57,374 bases of DNA from Verrucomicrobiota bacterium (lineage in GTDB: Bacteria > Verrucomicrobiota > Verrucomicrobiia > Limisphaerales > UBA9464). Positions 55,224 through 57,374 of this stretch are shown piece by piece; within the stretch, counting starts at the first letter, position 1; the number at the start of each line of letters is the position of its first letter. Made by a program: the position numbers and the translations under genes. The stretch spans positions 1 to 57,374 of the forward strand of contig JARXAF010000070.1 in the NCBI GenBank assembly GCA_029865985.1. Reading direction: 5' to 3'. Below the pieces are notes generated by a model. It was not told the origin of the DNA. It made no database searches and was given only the letters and a program-made list of their open reading frames with translations.

Positions 55224-57059
55224 TCATTTTCGGCTCTCGCGCCAGTAGGGTCGATCGGCAGCAAAGAGATACCCGTTCTCCGGGTACCGGTCGCCGAAAA
55301 CGAACTTGAGCGGGAAACCCGTCGGGATGTTTCCCCCGCGCAGTAGATAATCCATGTAAAACCGACCCCAGACCGTATTGGGATCGTTCATCAATTTGGA
55401 ATGCCATAACTGATCGCACGTCAGCGGCGTCAACAACAGGGCCTTGAAGGGGCGCTGGAAATCATGGATCCGGTAAAAGTCCTCCTTGGGATCCAGCCCG
55501 GCCCGCAAAGTCAGGGGCATGGCATCCAAATGGCCATACCATGCGACGGCCGCAGGCATGTCTGTCAGCACCATCGAACCGGCCGGGAGATAGCCCAGCA
55601 ACTGACGGATCACGGGCAGATAATACGGCGGACTGGCCATCACCGGTTGGCGGGGCGGCAATAGTGATAGGGTGAAAGGCATCAAGCAGAGGCCCAAGGG
55701 GACCACCAACGCCATCCATCTCGCCAACGGATAAGGAAACTCAAAGGTGTCGAGGGCCCATCTGAAAACCACCGCAGCATAAAGACCGGCCAGAGGGACC
55801 AACCACGCCAGGAGGTTTTCGGTGTTCAGAACGGGAGACTGCGTCGACAGAGGCGTCTGGATCAGTGCCTGCGCCGGTACCAGCATCATCAACTGGGCCA
55901 AAAGCAACCATCGGAGCCGGCTCATCCGTGCATCCGCCATCGGCAATAGAAGCCCCACCAGCAGGAAGGCCCCGAACCAATTGCCGAACATCCGAGGGAC
56001 GTCGTTGGCGAGGATCGACTGCGAGTTGCTGAGCACCTTCGTCAAAACCTCCGCCAGGCGCAGCCTCGACAAATCCGGATTCTGCGAGCGTTCCAACGAG
56101 TCAACTGGGAAACCCGCAGTTCCCACCCAAGGTGCCAGGGTTGAGATCCCCAGCGGCAATCCGCTCCGGACGAAATTCCGAACCATCCACGGGGTGGTCA
56201 GCAACAAGAACGCCAGCAACAGCGTCCACAGAGTCCGCAGACGCACAGCGGAGGGAACCCACCAACCCACACAGACGGCAACCGGCAGAACAAGGAATCC
56301 GAAGGAATACGAGGTCAGGAATCCCAACCCCAACAAACCGCCCAATGCGGCCGACCAGAGCGAATATCGGAAGTTTACGGGCCGTGCGCGGCCGTCTTTG
56401 TCCGGCTCAGCGGCAACTCCGATATGCAGAGCGACCGCAGCGACCGCCACACAGAGCAATCCCAGCCAAATCGTGGAGAGACCCGAAAAGGCGAAGTCCC
56501 AATTGTTCTTGGACCCGAGAAACACCAAGACCGCCAAGGCTCCGATCGAGTGCTCGAACCATCGCCGCCCCACCTGGAAGAGCAGAAATGCCAGAGCCGC
56601 AAACCCCAGAAAATTCAGACAACCCACCGCCACCTCGGCCGGCGGCCGGCGATTGGGGCCCGCCTCGGTGCCATAGACCCATCGTTGAGGGAGCACCTTG
56701 AAAAGCACCGCCAGAGCAGCGGGATACAATGGCGGATGGGAAATGTCCGGATGGGCCACGGTGATGAGACGGCGAGGATCCTTCCCCTGCTCCACCGCCT
56801 TGGCCGATTGCAAGTGCAGGCTCAGCGGACGAATGATTTGGGTGGTGAAGCCTCTTCCCTCGGAAAGGCTGCGCCCCAACTGCGCCAGATCCATGGCTTC
56901 GACGGTGCCAAAATTCTTCACCCCATCGATGTGGTACAAACCCAAGGCAATGATGGCCAACAGCAGGACAATGAGCCGCTGGACCCACATCCGGCCTCGA
57001 CCTTCTTCGAGGCTGTGAATGAGTTCCTGAATGCCCTTGGGCGGTGCGTTGAACTGCAT
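55224..57059 (-). CDS. GT-C fold membrane glycosyltransferase (ArnT/PMT, GT39-like)
   Basis: EAMDLAQLGRSLSEGRGFTT loop; HPPLYP; many TMs; PWMVRNF; C-terminal TDMP..VAWYG domain. Confidence 0.7.
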   Translation of the reverse strand: MQFNAPPKGIQELIHSLEEGRGRMWVQRLIVLLLAIIALGLYHIDGVKNFGTVEAMDLAQLGRSLSEGRGFTTQIIRPLSLHLQSAKAVEQGKDPRRLITVAHPDISHPPLYPAALAVLFKVLPQRWVYGTEAGPNRRPPAEVAVGCLNFLGFAALAFLLFQVGRRWFEHSIGALAVLVFLGSKNNWDFAFSGLSTIWLGLLCVAVAAVALHIGVAAEPDKDGRARPVNFRYSLWSAALGGLLGLGFLTSYSFGFLVLPVAVCVGWWVPSAVRLRTLWTLLLAFLLLTTPWMVRNFVRSGLPLGISTLAPWVGTAGFPVDSLERSQNPDLSRLRLAEVLTKVLSNSQSILANDVPRMFGNWFGAFLLVGLLLPMADARMSRLRWLLLAQLMMLVPAQALIQTPLSTQSPVLNTENLLAWLVPLAGLYAAVVFRWALDTFEFPYPLARWMALVVPLGLCLMPFTLSLLPPRQPVMASPPYYLPVIRQLLGYLPAGSMVLTDMPAAVAWYGHLDAMPLTLRAGLDPKEDFYRIHDFQRPFKALLLTPLTCDQLWHSKLMNDPNTVWGRFYMDYLLRGGNIPTGFPLKFVFGDRYPENGYLFAADRPYWRESRK

Positions 57060-57165
57060 GTGAGTATGAATAGGACAACAACCCCCCCTGCTTGAAAAGG
57101 GGCGTCACCGAAAGTTTATCGTCTGTTTTGCCAACAAAGCTAAACGGAGCATCCGATTTACGGAT

Positions 57166-57374
57166 TCATCGACCTTCGAACACTTGGCGGATGATATCTT
57201 CGATGGGAACCTCCTCGACGGCAAAATCTTTAACCGGCAAGCGGTCGAGCAGCACCTTGCACGTCGCGATCACGGACTCGCGGGCCACCTTCAAACGGGC
57301 CAAGGCGGGGCTTTGCTCCAGCACTTCGCCCAGGTCGGCCAAAGGCACCGAGGCAAAACCCGACGCCTGCTCCA
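57166..57374 (-). CDS. ABC transporter ATP-binding protein, C-terminal fragment (partial)
   Basis: Ends LLDRLPVKDFAVEEVPIEDIIRQVF, typical of ABC-2-type ATPase tails; the frame is open to the window edge. Confidence 0.6.
   Translation of the reverse strand, partial: EQASGFASVPLADLGEVLEQSPALARLKVARESVIATCKVLLDRLPVKDFAVEEVPIEDIIRQVFEGR

Overview
GC-rich bacterial chromosome window, probably Verrucomicrobiota (PVC superphylum). This is inferred from gene content such as lamin-tail proteins, EboE, an HpnN-like MMPL and PVC-style pseudopilin genes, not from a marker gene. It opens with the 3' end of an IS3-family element. Housekeeping and metabolic genes follow: an esterase, MMPL transporter, sigma-70 factor, ThuA-like protein, eboE, sugar ABC ATPase, hisS, and ilvB with a clear leader-peptide attenuator. 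The standout is a 19.5 kb type II secretion-like operon (15269-34737). It encodes five pseudopilins (GspG/H/I/J/K), a PilMN/GspL-like protein, a fused GspM-GspC-like protein, a giant 3950-aa secretin (N0, about 43 tandem NolW/N1-type ring domains by manual count, then the secretin core) and a translationally coupled lipoprotein. No GspE or GspF is present. Downstream lie fcl convergent with a SPINDLY-type GT41, polX, ilvE, an outer-membrane barrel, and a stand-alone fliO-fliP-fliQ-fliR-flhB-flhA export-gate cassette behind priA. No rRNA, tRNA or CRISPR array was seen. All calls come from motif recognition by eye; no database searches were run.
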